Assembly (NCBI GenBank): GCA_963738485.1
Contig: CAVTWK010000005.1
Coordinates: forward strand, 388,690 to 452,689
Direction: 5' to 3'
Length of the DNA: 64,000 bases
Source: an uncultured Acidobacteriota bacterium
GTDB taxonomy: Bacteria > Acidobacteriota > Vicinamibacteria > Vicinamibacterales > SCN-69-37
Shown in pieces: positions 54,497 to 64,000 of the stretch. Numbering within the stretch: position 1 is the stretch's first letter; each line of letters starts with the position of its first letter. A model generated the notes under the pieces. It was not told where the DNA came from. It saw only the letters and a program-made list of their open reading frames with translations, and did no database searches. The position numbers and the translations under genes are program-made.

Positions 54497-57088
54497 ATGA
54501 CGATATCGCTCACGGCCCCCGGTGCTCTCTGGCTGCTCGCCGTGATTCCCCTGGTGTGGCTGGCGCGCGCGTATGGCCGCACGAACTTCAACCCGCGACA
54601 GCAGGTGCTCCAGGCCGTCGTCCGGTCGCTGCTGCTCGCGACCCTGGCCATCGCGCTGGCCCGGCCGGTGATCTCGTGGGGATCGTCGCGTCTGTCAGTG
54701 GTCTATCTGGTGGACGTTTCGCACAGCGTGGCCAGCGCCGCCATCACGGGCGCGGCCTCGCGGATCGACGACTTGACGGCCTCGGTGCGACCCGACCATT
54801 CGCGCGTACTGGTGTTCGGCGCCGAGGCCACGGCCGTGGAGAACACCGCGGCGCTGCGCGCCCTGGCGGATCCGGCCACGGCGGCTGATCCGGCCCGGTC
54901 GCCGGTCCCCCGAGAGGGCTCGGACCTCGAGCGTGCGCTGGCCGGCGCCCGCGCGGAGCTTCGGCCCGGTCACCTGCAGCGCATCGTCCTGTTCAGCGAC
55001 GGCCGCGAGACGTCGGGCGACGTGAAGCGCGCGGTGACGCAGCTGGCCGCCGACGGCATCCCCGTCTTCGTCGAACCGATGACGGTGCGTGACCTGGGAG
55101 ATACCTGGGTGGACTCGGTGCAGTTGCCCGCACGCGTCTCGGCCGGCGGTTTCACCGTGGCCAACGTCGTCATTGGCAGTCAGCGAGAGGCGTCGGCCCT
55201 CGTCGAAGTCCGCGATGGCACGCGCGTGCTCGGGACCAAGCAGGCCGTGGTCCTGGCTGGGGCCACCACCGTGCCGGTCGAACTGGCGTTCGATGCGGCC
55301 GGAGCACGCGCCATCGAGGCGACGGTCACCGTGAGCGGCGATCCGCTGGCGACCAACAACACGCTCTCGCGCGAAGTGATCGTGCGGCCCAGTGCAAGGG
55401 TGCTCTACGTGGAGGGCTCGCCTGGAAGCGCGCGCTATCTGCAGGGGGCGCTCACGCAGTCCGGGTTCGACGTCACGGTCGATACGCCAGCGCGCTTGCC
55501 GACGACGCTCGAGCAACTCGATCCGTTTGACGTGGTGATCCTGAGCGACGTCGCGCGCGCCTCGATTTCCCAGGCCGCGATGGTGGCCCTGGCCTCGTGG
55601 GTGGAGGAAGAGGGCGGAGGCCTGCTGGTGGCCGGCGGTGATTCGGTGTTTGGCGAAGGCGCGCCGGGGGATCCGGCCGGGTATCGCAACACCGAACTCG
55701 AACGGCTGACGCCGGTGACGTTTGAGCGCAAGGACCAGCCAGAGGTGGCGCTCATCATCGTGTTCGACAAGTCCTGGAGCATGGCCGGCCAGGTGATGGA
55801 ACTCTGCAAGGCGGCCGCGCAGGCGGCGATTGACGTGCTCGAGGACGAGCATTCATTGGGGGTCGTCACCTTCAATGATGGGCTCACCTGGGACATCACC
55901 CTTCGGAACGTCGGGAAGAATCGCGAGGCGATCCGGAAGACCGTGGCTGCGATCGAGCCGAGCGGCCACACGCTGATCTACCCAGCGGTCGAACAGGCGT
56001 ATCTCGCCCTGAAGGACGCCAAGGCGAGAGCCAAGCACGTCATCCTCATGTCCGACGGCCGCTCCTATCCCGACGACTACGAGACGCTCCTCAAGAAGAT
56101 GGTGGCGGCCAAGATCACGGTGTCGTCGATCTCGGTCGGGCCGGCGGCGGACGCCGAGTTGCTGGGCAACATCGCCAAGTGGGGCAAGGGCCGCGCCTAC
56201 GTCGTGATGGACGCGAAGGAGGTCGCGCAGGTCTTCGTGAAGGAAGCGAAGAACGCGACGACCCCGTCGTTCGACGAGGGCAAGACGATCAAGCCGCTGC
56301 TCAAGGTCAGGGGCTTCTTCGAGGGTGTGGATTTCTCGCGCATGCCCGGCCTGCGCGGACGGACCGCGACCGTGGTCAAGGACAACGCGGTCGAGCTGAT
56401 GGCGACCGAGGAGGGCGATCCGCTGCTGGCCTTCTGGCCCATCGGACTGGGCCGCACCGCGGTCTTCGCCTCCGACGTCAAGGATCGATGGGCCGCGGAC
56501 TGGCTCAAGTGGCGCGGCTACGGACCGTTTTTCTCGGCGCTCATCCGCGCCCTCGAACGGCAGCGACCGCCCACACGCGCGATTGACGTGTCGGTCGGCC
56601 CGTCGCGAGCTGGCGCCCAGTCGGTGGTCGTCGGGCTCGAGGCGCGCGACGGCAAGGGCCAGTATCTGAACCTCCTGAAGCCCGTGCTCGAAGTGCGGTC
56701 GGGCGACGCGGCGCCGGTCACGGTGACCGCTCGCCAGGTCGCCCCGGGTCGATACGAGGCCTCGGTCATTGCCGACGCGAGCCGGTCCCTGGCCGTAACG
56801 CTGGCTGGCGCGACCGGCGCCGACGCGGCGGCGACGTCGCGACTCGTCTTGCCGGACCCCTTCGTCGAGTACCGCTTCCGCGACACCGACGCGACGATGC
56901 TGGCGTCGATTGCGGAATCGAGCGGCGGCAAGATCGCGCCCACGGCTGAGGACGTGCGACGCGAGACGGGCGGTCAGCAGACCGCGCGCCGCGCGCTCTG
57001 GCCGTGGCTGGTCGCCGCCGGGTTCGCGCTGTGGCTCGTCGATGTCCTCCTGCGCCGGGTCCGCGTCTTCGAAGTCGCGTCGGCGTAG
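54497..57088 (+). CDS. large VWA-domain membrane protein (Bat-cluster type)
   Basis: N-terminus LTAPGALWLLAVIPLVWLA, two VWA blocks (VVYLVDVSHSV; LIIVFDKSWSM...ILMSDGRS) and a C-terminal TM helix LWPWLVAAGFALWLV. Confidence 0.8.
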   Translation: MTISLTAPGALWLLAVIPLVWLARAYGRTNFNPRQQVLQAVVRSLLLATLAIALARPVISWGSSRLSVVYLVDVSHSVASAAITGAASRIDDLTASVRPDHSRVLVFGAEATAVENTAALRALADPATAADPARSPVPREGSDLERALAGARAELRPGHLQRIVLFSDGRETSGDVKRAVTQLAADGIPVFVEPMTVRDLGDTWVDSVQLPARVSAGGFTVANVVIGSQREASALVEVRDGTRVLGTKQAVVLAGATTVPVELAFDAAGARAIEATVTVSGDPLATNNTLSREVIVRPSARVLYVEGSPGSARYLQGALTQSGFDVTVDTPARLPTTLEQLDPFDVVILSDVARASISQAAMVALASWVEEEGGGLLVAGGDSVFGEGAPGDPAGYRNTELERLTPVTFERKDQPEVALIIVFDKSWSMAGQVMELCKAAAQAAIDVLEDEHSLGVVTFNDGLTWDITLRNVGKNREAIRKTVAAIEPSGHTLIYPAVEQAYLALKDAKARAKHVILMSDGRSYPDDYETLLKKMVAAKITVSSISVGPAADAELLGNIAKWGKGRAYVVMDAKEVAQVFVKEAKNATTPSFDEGKTIKPLLKVRGFFEGVDFSRMPGLRGRTATVVKDNAVELMATEEGDPLLAFWPIGLGRTAVFASDVKDRWAADWLKWRGYGPFFSALIRALERQRPPTRAIDVSVGPSRAGAQSVVVGLEARDGKGQYLNLLKPVLEVRSGDAAPVTVTARQVAPGRYEASVIADASRSLAVTLAGATGADAAATSRLVLPDPFVEYRFRDTDATMLASIAESSGGKIAPTAEDVRRETGGQQTARRALWPWLVAAGFALWLVDVLLRRVRVFEVASA

Positions 57089-57100
57089 GGGGCCGCGCCG

Positions 57101-58072
57101 CTACTTCGGCCAGATCCAGCGCAGGATGTCGGGCAGGAGCGATCCGCCGTGCGCATCCGAGTGCGCGCCGTCACCCCATTCGTGCTTGACCTCGTAGCGT
57201 GGCCCGGTCGATTTGGCGCTGTCCGCCGTGCGGTTCGCGAAATTGAGGGCCGACAGCATCTGCTGGTTCGCGAGGAACCAGTTGCCCTGGTTGTTGTCCA
57301 GATCCCCCGACCCGTCCTGCAGGAAGATCTTGATCGGCTTGATCGGGTTCTTGCGAATCAGCGTCGGGTAGAGATCACCGCCGGGAATCATCGGTTGCCC
57401 GTCGCGCGCCGGACGGTAGCCGATCGACGTGTAGCTGCCGATCATGCTGATGACGTTCTTGAACTGATCGGGCCGATGCCACGCGACCGTGAACGCGCAA
57501 ATGGCGCCGCTGCTCGTGCCGCCGATGGCGCGGCGCGCCGGGTCCGAGGTGAGGGTGTACTTCTTGCCGACTTCCGGCAGCATCTCCTCGATCAGGAAGC
57601 GGGCGTAGGCGTCGCTGAGTGAGTCGTACTCCTGCGCCCGGTTGTTCGGGTTCCCCGTGCCGAGGTTGTCCGGATACACCTCGGCCCGATGGCCCGGCGT
57701 GATGAAGATGCCGATGGTGACCGGGATGTCGCCCTTGTGGATCAGGTTCTCGAGCACCTGGGGCACCTGCAGCACGCCCGTCGGATTGGTCGCCCGTTGT
57801 CCATCCTGGAAGACCAGCACGTTGGCGGGCACGCCCGCCTTGTACTGCGCCGGAACGTAGATCCAGTAGCGGCGCACCGTGCCGGCGATCACCTGGCTCT
57901 TGAACTCGAACGGCCCCTCGAGCGTGCCCTTCGGGACGCCGGGTTGCGGCCGCGAGTCGGGCCCGAGCGGATAGTCACCCGGCTTGCGGTCGGCCGCCTG
58001 TTGTGCTGCCGCCGCGACCGGCAGCAACAGGGCGAGGAACATGGCGATGAGGGGGTCAGATCTCTTTTCCAC
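57101..58072 (-). CDS. secreted esterase (putative-esterase / enterochelin-esterase-like alpha/beta hydrolase)
   Basis: Nucleophile region AIGGTSSGAICAFTVAWHRPDQF plus a signal peptide. The GTG 58072 start lies inside a repeat element. An internal ATG at 58042 is the alternative. Confidence 0.75.
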   Translation of the reverse strand: MEKRSDPLIAMFLALLLPVAAAAQQAADRKPGDYPLGPDSRPQPGVPKGTLEGPFEFKSQVIAGTVRRYWIYVPAQYKAGVPANVLVFQDGQRATNPTGVLQVPQVLENLIHKGDIPVTIGIFITPGHRAEVYPDNLGTGNPNNRAQEYDSLSDAYARFLIEEMLPEVGKKYTLTSDPARRAIGGTSSGAICAFTVAWHRPDQFKNVISMIGSYTSIGYRPARDGQPMIPGGDLYPTLIRKNPIKPIKIFLQDGSGDLDNNQGNWFLANQQMLSALNFANRTADSAKSTGPRYEVKHEWGDGAHSDAHGGSLLPDILRWIWPK

Positions 58073-58110
58073 AGTTTTGGGTTCTCCGGTGACAGATCTC
58101 CGAACGTGAC
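58051..58110. repeat. GGGGGTCAGATCTCTTTTCCACAG... element
   Basis: gggggtcagatctcttttccacagttttgggttctccggtgacagatctccgaacgtgac. A near copy lies inverted at 60998-61054. Confidence 0.75.
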
Positions 58111-58114
58111 AGCC

Positions 58115-58876
58115 TCAGCCGATGTGCGCCCCACGGCGCACCCGGGCGGGAGAGAAACGCGGCAGCGGCGCGAGCAGGCCCCGGCCGGCGAATCCGGTCA
58201 TCCGATCCAGCTTCGCGAAGAAGTCAGTACGCAGGACCGGCAGCGCCCGTAGCGCCCACAGGACCTCGAAGTGGGTCCACGCCGCGTCGCGGGCCGCGCC
58301 GACCTTCCACATTGCGAGCCGGTCGTCGATCTCCCCGGCCTGCTGGTCGAGGTGGACAAGCGCGTCGTTCACGAGCAGCTCGGCCTTGGCCGTTTCTTCG
58401 ACGCGCGCGAGCACGTCGTTGACGGCGACATAGGCCGCGTGCCGCGCGTCGCCGCGTCGCGGGGCGCCGCCGAGGCCGGCGTACGTCCGGCTGAGCGCCT
58501 CGGGGAGATCGCGGTTGATGTGCGCATTCATGCCGGCAAGGGCGAACTGCAGACGCGCGAGCGGCTGTCGCCGGCATTCGAAGAGCGGCCGCCAGGCCGG
58601 CGGGGCCAGCCTGGGCGTCCGATCGCCGGCCGCGGCCGCGTCGAAATACAGGTTGGCGAACTCCACGTCGAGGCGCGCCAGAAAGTCATCGTCGCCGGAG
58701 GGCGCGGTGCCCGCGACGGCCAGTTCGGCCGCCACCGCCGCCGTGACCCGCAGATAGAGGCGGTTGAACCATTTCACGCCGTCATCGTCGGGCAGGGCCG
58801 CGTCGATCGCGTGCATCAGGGCGAGCACCTCCGCCACCGACCGCGCCGGCCGCCCCGTCAGCACCGATTCGAGCAT
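58115..58876 (-). CDS. DUF5995-like hypothetical protein
   Basis: WFNRLYLRVT, LDVEFANLYFDA and the GMNAHINRDL motif pattern I associate with DUF5995. The frame is intact. Confidence 0.55.
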   Translation of the reverse strand: MLESVLTGRPARSVAEVLALMHAIDAALPDDDGVKWFNRLYLRVTAAVAAELAVAGTAPSGDDDFLARLDVEFANLYFDAAAAGDRTPRLAPPAWRPLFECRRQPLARLQFALAGMNAHINRDLPEALSRTYAGLGGAPRRGDARHAAYVAVNDVLARVEETAKAELLVNDALVHLDQQAGEIDDRLAMWKVGAARDAAWTHFEVLWALRALPVLRTDFFAKLDRMTGFAGRGLLAPLPRFSPARVRRGAHIG

Positions 58877-58924
58877 GCGGCAGTATAGGGCTGAGCGACC
58901 CGATCCGCGGCTAGAATGCCCCCG

Positions 58925-59752
58925 ATGTCCCGCAAGACCTGGGCTGTCGTCCTGGCTGTCCTCGCGAGCGTGCCCACGGCCGTCTTGCCCGCGCAGACGC
59001 CGCAGACACCGCAGACACCTCCGACGTTCCGTACCGAACGACGCCGCGCGTCGTCGAGGTGCGTGTGCTGGACGAACGCGGCCGACCCATCACAGGATTG
59101 CAGCAGGGCGACTTCACGATCACTGAGGGCGGCAAGCCTCAGCAGATACGCCAGTTCGCGCCCATCGACCGCACCGCGGCAGCTGCCGAGAGTGTCCGCC
59201 CCGGCGTTGTTGTCGGCCGGGACGCGACCGCCGGATGGGGCCGGCTCGTCACGACGCACCTTCCTGATCGTGCTGGGCCGGGGCAACCTCCAGGCCCCGT
59301 CGAAGGGCATCGACGGCATGATCCGGCTGGTTCGCCGGTTGCTGCCCCAGGACCTGGTGGCGGTGCAGGCCTGGAACCGCGCGACGCCGTTCACGACCAA
59401 CCACGCCCAGATCGTGGCGATGCTCGAGCGGTATCGCTCGGACCATCTTCATATCGAGTCGCTGCTGGCGCAGCACTTCAGCGGCCTGGCCGCCATCTAC
59501 GGCGGCCGAGACCTCCCCGAATGGGTTCACAGGGAGATTGACGCCGTGCTGAGCGGACCCGAAGGGCTTCACACCCGGACGGCCGTCCCGGCGCCAGTCT
59601 CGAGCGACGCGACGGACGCGCGATTTCGCCGCGGCCTCGATGCGCTGCAGCCGGCTTCCAGCCTCGATCCGTTCCAGGCACTCGAGGCGGCGCGCATCGG
59701 CATGTCGCTCGACGAGGTGTCCACGTTCAGCCCGCCGATCGTTCGGGGCTGA
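58925..59752 (+). pseudogene. VWFA-related acidobacterial-type domain protein (third paralog), frameshifted as assembled
   Basis: Signal MSRKTWAVVLAVLASVPTAVLPAQ. VEVRVLDERGRPITGLQQGDFTITEGGKPQQIRQF lies in another frame. The first frame resumes at RRTFLIVLGRGNLQAPSKG. Joins are near 59037 and 59251. Confidence 0.7.
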
Positions 59753-60150
59753 TACAAGGCCTCGACATAGATGTTGACGTCCTCGCGGCTCGCAAACCGG
59801 GCAGCCTCGACGTAGGCGGACACGCAACTGTGTCCGAGGCGGATCGCGTCGCCGGGCAGGACGGAGCAGGCCACGCGGTTGGCATCGGCGGCGAACAGGC
59901 TCGCGCGGGAGATGTGCACGACTGACACCGCCGACAGCACCAGGAAGAGCGCGATGAGCCACGTGCGGCCTTCGCCGATGACGGGCGACAGTGCCTGCGC
60001 GACGAGCCGGTTGAGCCCTGCCGACGTCGCGGCGGCCAGAACAGCTCCGAGCGCGACGGCGGCCGAAAAGGGCAGTCCGCCCGAGAACGCCGCGACGGCC
60101 ATGACCGGCGTGAGCCACGCGGTCACGACGTAGAAGACGGCTCGAGGCAT
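59569..60150 (-). CDS. hypothetical membrane protein (3' end uncertain)
   Basis: MPRAVFYVVTAWLTPVMAVAAFSGGLPFSAAVALGAVLAAATSAGL...WLIALFLVLSAVSVV has three TM helices. Sequence below about 59755 looks non-coding and overlaps the convergent VWFA gene. Confidence 0.5.
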   Translation of the reverse strand: MPRAVFYVVTAWLTPVMAVAAFSGGLPFSAAVALGAVLAAATSAGLNRLVAQALSPVIGEGRTWLIALFLVLSAVSVVHISRASLFAADANRVACSVLPGDAIRLGHSCVSAYVEAARFASREDVNIYVEALYQPRTIGGLNVDTSSSDMPMRAASSAWNGSRLEAGCSASRPRRNRASVASLETGAGTAVRV

Positions 60151-60180
60151 CCGCGCAGTATAGTCACCCTGCGTTCAGCC

Positions 60181-60985
60181 ATGTCACTCGTGCGCGACCG
60201 ATCCACCCTGGTTGAACTGCTGCGTCATCGCCTGACGACCCAGGGCTTCCCCCGGCTGCAGATGCTCGGATTGCTGGCGACCGCCGGCGGCGGCGCGTTC
60301 CTGATCTCGGTGCTCGGCAAGCGCGCAGGGCATCGACCACCTTGGCCTCCGATACAGCCTCGCGACATTGGCTGGGTATGCGACCTTCCTTGCGCTGCTT
60401 CGCCTGTGGATCAGCTGGCAGCGCGGCCGACGGGAGCAGGAGGCTGACCTCGATCTCACGTCAGCCTTCGATGCAAGTGACCTTCTGGTTTCGGGCGATG
60501 CGCCCGACGCGGCGCCGTCCGTCTTCGGATCCGGGCGAAGCGGGGGAGCCGGCGCCACTGGCGAGTGGGGCCGCCCTGGACCGGCGCAGCACGCCCGCAC
60601 CGCGGTCGAGGCGCAGGTCCGGAGCACGGCCGGAGACGTCCGCGGCGGCGCGAGTGACGCGGCATCGCTGGACCTCGGTGACCTCTGGCCCGTGGTCGTC
60701 GCCGCGCTGTGCGCCACCGGCGGGCTGGTGATCATCGGCTACACGGTCTACATGGCGCCCATTCTCCTGGCCGAGGTCGCCCTCGATGCCGCAGTCGTGA
60801 CGACGCTCTACCGGCGACTCCGGAGGGAGGACGCTGGCACATGGGTGGGCGCCGCGCTGCGGCGCACGTGGGGCGCGGCGTTGGCGATCACGATCCTGAT
60901 GGGAATAGCGGGGACGGCCTTGCAGATCGTGGCGCCGGACGCCAAGTCGCTCGGCGAGGTAGTCAGTCACTTGCGAAGCCGATAG
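60181..60985 (+). pseudogene. hypothetical membrane protein, frameshifted as assembled
   Basis: MSLVRDRSTLVELLRHRLTTQGFPRLQMLGLLATAGGGAFLISVLG, then after a frame change near 60320, GIDHLGLRYSLATLAGYATFLALLRLWISW... with two more TM helices. Confidence 0.55.
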
Positions 60986-60997
60986 TCGGGCAGTTCC

Positions 60998-61054
60998 CAG
61001 AGGGAGATCTGGCACCGAAGCGGCTAAATCTGTGGAAAAGAGATCTCGACCCCC
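60998..61054. repeat. inverted copy of the GGGGGTC(G)AGATCTCTTTTCCACAG... element
   Basis: The reverse complement reads gggggtcgagatctcttttccacagatttagccgcttcggtgccagatctccc. Confidence 0.75.
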
Positions 61055-61738
61055 TACACGCTTGGCCGTGCGGAACACGGCGCGCAGCATGGGCGGTGTC
61101 AGGCGGCCGGTGTGGGTGTTCTGGCGGCTGGGGTGGTAGGAGCTGACGATCGTCGGGCCGCCGGCGATGCGGACGACGCCGTCGTGCTCGAACAGCGGTC
61201 GGCGTTTCGGTTTCAGCCCGCGCGCGGCGAGCAGCCGCAGGCACGAGTCGAACGCGATGCGTCCGAGTGCCACGAGCACACGTGCGTTCGGCAGCGCGTC
61301 CAACTCGCTTGCCATGTGCGCGCGGCACGTGGCGATCTCGCCGGGGGTCGGCTTGTTGTCGGGCGGCGCGCACCGCACGGCGGCCATGATCCACGTGTCG
61401 ATGAGCACCAGACCGTCGTCGGAAGCCCGTGACGTCGGCTGGTTGGCCAGCCCGTTGGCATGCAGGGCCGCCATCAGGAAGTCGCCCGACCCACCCACGC
61501 CGTCGCCCGTGAAGTTGCGCCCCGTGCGGTTGGCCCCATGCGCGGCCGGCGCGAGGCCGACGAGGACGATGCGGGCCGCCGGGTCGCCGAAGCCCGCCAC
61601 GGGGCGTCCCCAGTAGGTGTCCTGGCGATACGCGGCGCGCTTCTCGCGGGCCACGCGGCGACAGTAGTCACGCAGGCGCGGACACCGCTCGCAGGTGATG
61701 ATGTCGCGCCGGACGTCGTCGAGAGTGGCGATGGCCAA
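61054..61738 (-). CDS. family-5 (UdgB-type) uracil-DNA glycosylase
   Basis: Fe-S Cys motif CERCPRL..C, motif GLAPAAHGANRTGRNFTGD, and HPSRQNTHTGRLT. The conserved sequence ends at ...AVFRTAKR. As assembled, the ORF reads on to 60461 because TAG 61056-61054 is one nt out of frame. Confidence 0.8.
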
Positions 61739-61758
61739 GCAGGCGTCCGACGGTCGCG

Positions 61759-62685
61759 CTACCTGCTGCGGTCGTAGCTGTCAGCTTGTTCGTGCGCGTG
61801 GTAGGAGGACCGGACGAGCGGGCCCGACTCGACGTGGCCGAAGCCCAGGTCGAGACTGATGCGCTTGAGTTCGGCGAACTCCTCAGGCGTGTAGTACCGC
61901 GACATCGGCAGGTGCGCGACCGAGGGTCGCAGGTACTGCCCGATGGTGAGGATCTGGCAGTCCACCTGGCGGAGATCGCGCAGCACCTCGACGAGTTCCT
62001 CGAACGTCTCTCCGAGCCCGACCATCAAGCCCGTCTTGGTCGGGATCTCAGGGGCGTAGCGCCGCGCGCGGTCGAGCAGTTCCAGGCAGCGCGCGTAGCG
62101 GCCGCCGGGTCGCGCCTGCCGGTAGAGCCGCGGCACGGTCTCGGTATTGTGATTGAGCACATCCGGACGGGCGTCGAGCACCGCGTGCAGCGCGGCTTCG
62201 TGGCCCTGGAAATCCGGAATCAGGACTTCGACGCGGCACGCCGGCCGGCGGCTCTTGATGGCGCGGATGGTCTCGGCGAACACGCCCGCACCAAAGTCCT
62301 GCAGATCGTCCCGATCCACGGACGTGACGACCACGTACGCCAGTTCCATGGTCTCAACGGCCCGGGCCAGCTTGGCGGGCTCATCGAGGTCGAGCGCCTT
62401 CGGCGCCCCGTGCGTGACATTGCAGTAGCCGCAGGCGCGCGTGCAGACGTCGCCCATGATCATGAACGTCGCCGTGCCATGGTGCCAGCATTCGCCGATG
62501 TTCGGGCAGTGCGCTTCCTCACAGACCGTGTGCAGGTTCAGCTCACGCATCAGGCCGCGCAGATGCAGGTAGCCGGCCGAGCCGGGCGCCCGCACCTTGA
62601 GCCATTCCGGCTTGGGATCGCGCGAGAGCGCGTGGTCCTTCACGCGACGGCCACGGTGGAACTGCAGGGGCGCAACGACGGACAT
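61759..62685 (-). CDS. lipA: lipoyl synthase
   Basis: CEEAHCPNIGEC auxiliary cluster motif plus the radical-SAM motif CTRACGYC. ATG at 62685. Confidence 0.95.
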   Translation of the reverse strand: MSVVAPLQFHRGRRVKDHALSRDPKPEWLKVRAPGSAGYLHLRGLMRELNLHTVCEEAHCPNIGECWHHGTATFMIMGDVCTRACGYCNVTHGAPKALDLDEPAKLARAVETMELAYVVVTSVDRDDLQDFGAGVFAETIRAIKSRRPACRVEVLIPDFQGHEAALHAVLDARPDVLNHNTETVPRLYRQARPGGRYARCLELLDRARRYAPEIPTKTGLMVGLGETFEELVEVLRDLRQVDCQILTIGQYLRPSVAHLPMSRYYTPEEFAELKRISLDLGFGHVESGPLVRSSYHAHEQADSYDRSR

Positions 62686-62703
62686 GAACGTTACTATTAT
62701 CCC

Positions 62704-63411
62704 ATGTCCGCGCTGTCGTTCACCTGGCTGGGGCACTCGGCGTTCCTCATCACCCTGCCCACCGGGCAGCGGATGCTGACGGACCCCTGGCTCAGCAGTC
62801 CCACCTGTCCGCCGGCGTGGGCGAAGCCTGAGGCGCTCGCGCCCATCGATCTGATCCTGGTCTCACACGGCCACAGCGACCATGCCTCGGACGTGCCCCG
62901 GATTGCGCGCGCCACCGGAGCGCCGGTCGTCTGCCTCTTCGAACTCGGGCAGTTGTTCGCCGAGAAGGGGCTCCAGGACGTGCGCGACATGGGCAAGGGC
63001 GGCACACAGGAGATCGCCGGCATCCGGATCACCATGACCGATGCCGTGCACTCGGGGTCCACCGTCGAGGACGGCCGCATCGTCTACCTCGGGGGCGCCG
63101 CCGGGTATGTGATTCGCGCGCCGGGCACACCGACGATCTACTTCGCGGGCGACACCGCGCTCTTCGGCGACATGAAGGTCATCGGCGAGATCTACCGGCC
63201 CGAGATCGCGTTCCTGCCGATCGGCGATCACTACACGATGGGACCCGACACGGCGGCCATCGCGGCGCGCTGGCTCGGCGTGCGGCAGGTCGTGCCCATG
63301 CACTGGGGGACGTTCCCGGTGCTGCGCGGGACGCCAGCCGCGTTGCGCGAACACCTGACCGGATCGGGGATCGAGGTCCTGGACCTCGCGCCCGGAGACA
63401 CGACCGTCTGA
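62704..63411 (+). CDS. UPF0173-type metal-dependent hydrolase (metallo-beta-lactamase fold)
   Basis: MSALSFTWLGHSAFLI, the HGHSDH motif, and PMHWGTFP. Confidence 0.85.
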   Translation: MSALSFTWLGHSAFLITLPTGQRMLTDPWLSSPTCPPAWAKPEALAPIDLILVSHGHSDHASDVPRIARATGAPVVCLFELGQLFAEKGLQDVRDMGKGGTQEIAGIRITMTDAVHSGSTVEDGRIVYLGGAAGYVIRAPGTPTIYFAGDTALFGDMKVIGEIYRPEIAFLPIGDHYTMGPDTAAIAARWLGVRQVVPMHWGTFPVLRGTPAALREHLTGSGIEVLDLAPGDTTV

Positions 63412-64000
63412 TGCCCATGCCGACACCTCCCGTTCGCTCGACCGACCCGCTGCTCGCGTGGCGTGCCGAGTTCCCGATTCTCGACACCTGCACCTATCTG
63501 GTCAGTCACTCGCTCGGCGCGATGCCGCGGCGCGCACGGACCTACCTCGAGCAGTTCGCCAATGAGTGGGACGGTCGGGGCGTCCGCGCGTGGCACGAGG
63601 GTTGGTGGGAGATCGGCCGGGAGACCGGCAACCTGCTGGCGCCGCTTCTGGGTGTGGCCCCAGACACGATCACGATGCATCAGAACGCCACCGTGGCCCA
63701 GGCGATCATCGCGTCCTGCTTCACGTTCGACGGACCGCGGCGGCGTGTGGTCATGCAGGATCTGGACTTTCCAACGAACCACTATCTGTTCGAGGCGTGG
63801 CGGCGCTACGGCGCCGACGTCGTGCTGGTGCCCTCGGACAACCTGATGCAGGCCCCGATCGATCGGCTGGTCGAGGCCATCGACGAACGCACCGTGCTCG
63901 TCCCGTTGTCGCTCGTCCTGTTCCGCAGCGCCTGCCTGCAGGACGTCGCGCCGGTCGTCGCGCGCGCGCACGAGGTAGGGGCGCGCGTGATTCTCGATGT
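63411..64000 (+). CDS. kynureninase-like class-V PLP-dependent enzyme (5' part, runs off window)
   Basis: ATG 63411 overlaps the preceding stop (TGATG). The frame is open to the window end and translates MPMPTPPVRSTDPLLAWRAEFPILDTCTYLVSHSLGAMPRRARTYLEQFANEWDGRGVRAWHEGWW... It is absent from the ORF track because there is no stop in the window. Confidence 0.55.
   Translation, partial: MPMPTPPVRSTDPLLAWRAEFPILDTCTYLVSHSLGAMPRRARTYLEQFANEWDGRGVRAWHEGWWEIGRETGNLLAPLLGVAPDTITMHQNATVAQAIIASCFTFDGPRRRVVMQDLDFPTNHYLFEAWRRYGADVVLVPSDNLMQAPIDRLVEAIDERTVLVPLSLVLFRSACLQDVAPVVARAHEVGARVILD

Overview
This is a very GC-rich bacterial chromosomal segment. The gene content suggests Acidobacteriota: an ADOP-type duplicated FtsX permease, three VWFA-related acidobacterial-type proteins and an Oar-like TonB receptor. 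All calls were made by eye from the sequence and ORF track, with no database searches. Frameshift positions are good to about +/-10 nt.

I can support about 52 protein-coding loci. I found no rRNA, tRNA, CRISPR array, transposase or integrase. Recognisable genes include glgC, rnd, lipA, a family-5 uracil-DNA glycosylase, an OmpR/histidine-kinase pair, hicAB, a CcdA plus thioredoxin pair, a TlpA-like redoxin, dodecin, an M14 carboxypeptidase, an M23 peptidase, a MoxR-DUF58-BatA-VWA cluster and two ECF sigma modules.

Two things are not explained by the gene list.

1. Intergenic space is packed with several short-repeat families.
- The most striking is a degenerate heptanucleotide array (ACGGNNN, or its complement CCGTNNN) at six loci. 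One array is about 700 bp and about 100 units (28331-29030). Several loci have the two orientations arranged as inverted pairs.
- There are about-20-bp arrays with a GGGACTTC/GCACTTC core, and a 90-bp tandem repeat built from the same core.
- Perfect palindromic elements with 35-nt arms overlap start and stop codons of neighbouring genes.

2. About 14 genes are broken as assembled.
- There are roughly 26 frame disruptions, and nearly all fit a single extra base.
- There is also one perfect 13-bp tandem duplication and one in-frame TGA.
- The lesions are strongly clustered: 8 fall in one TonB receptor gene, while several 3-kb genes have none.

The most interesting gene-level architecture is an ECF sigma factor followed by a Hanks-type Ser/Thr kinase fused through a TM helix to a Wzz/PCP-like ectodomain.
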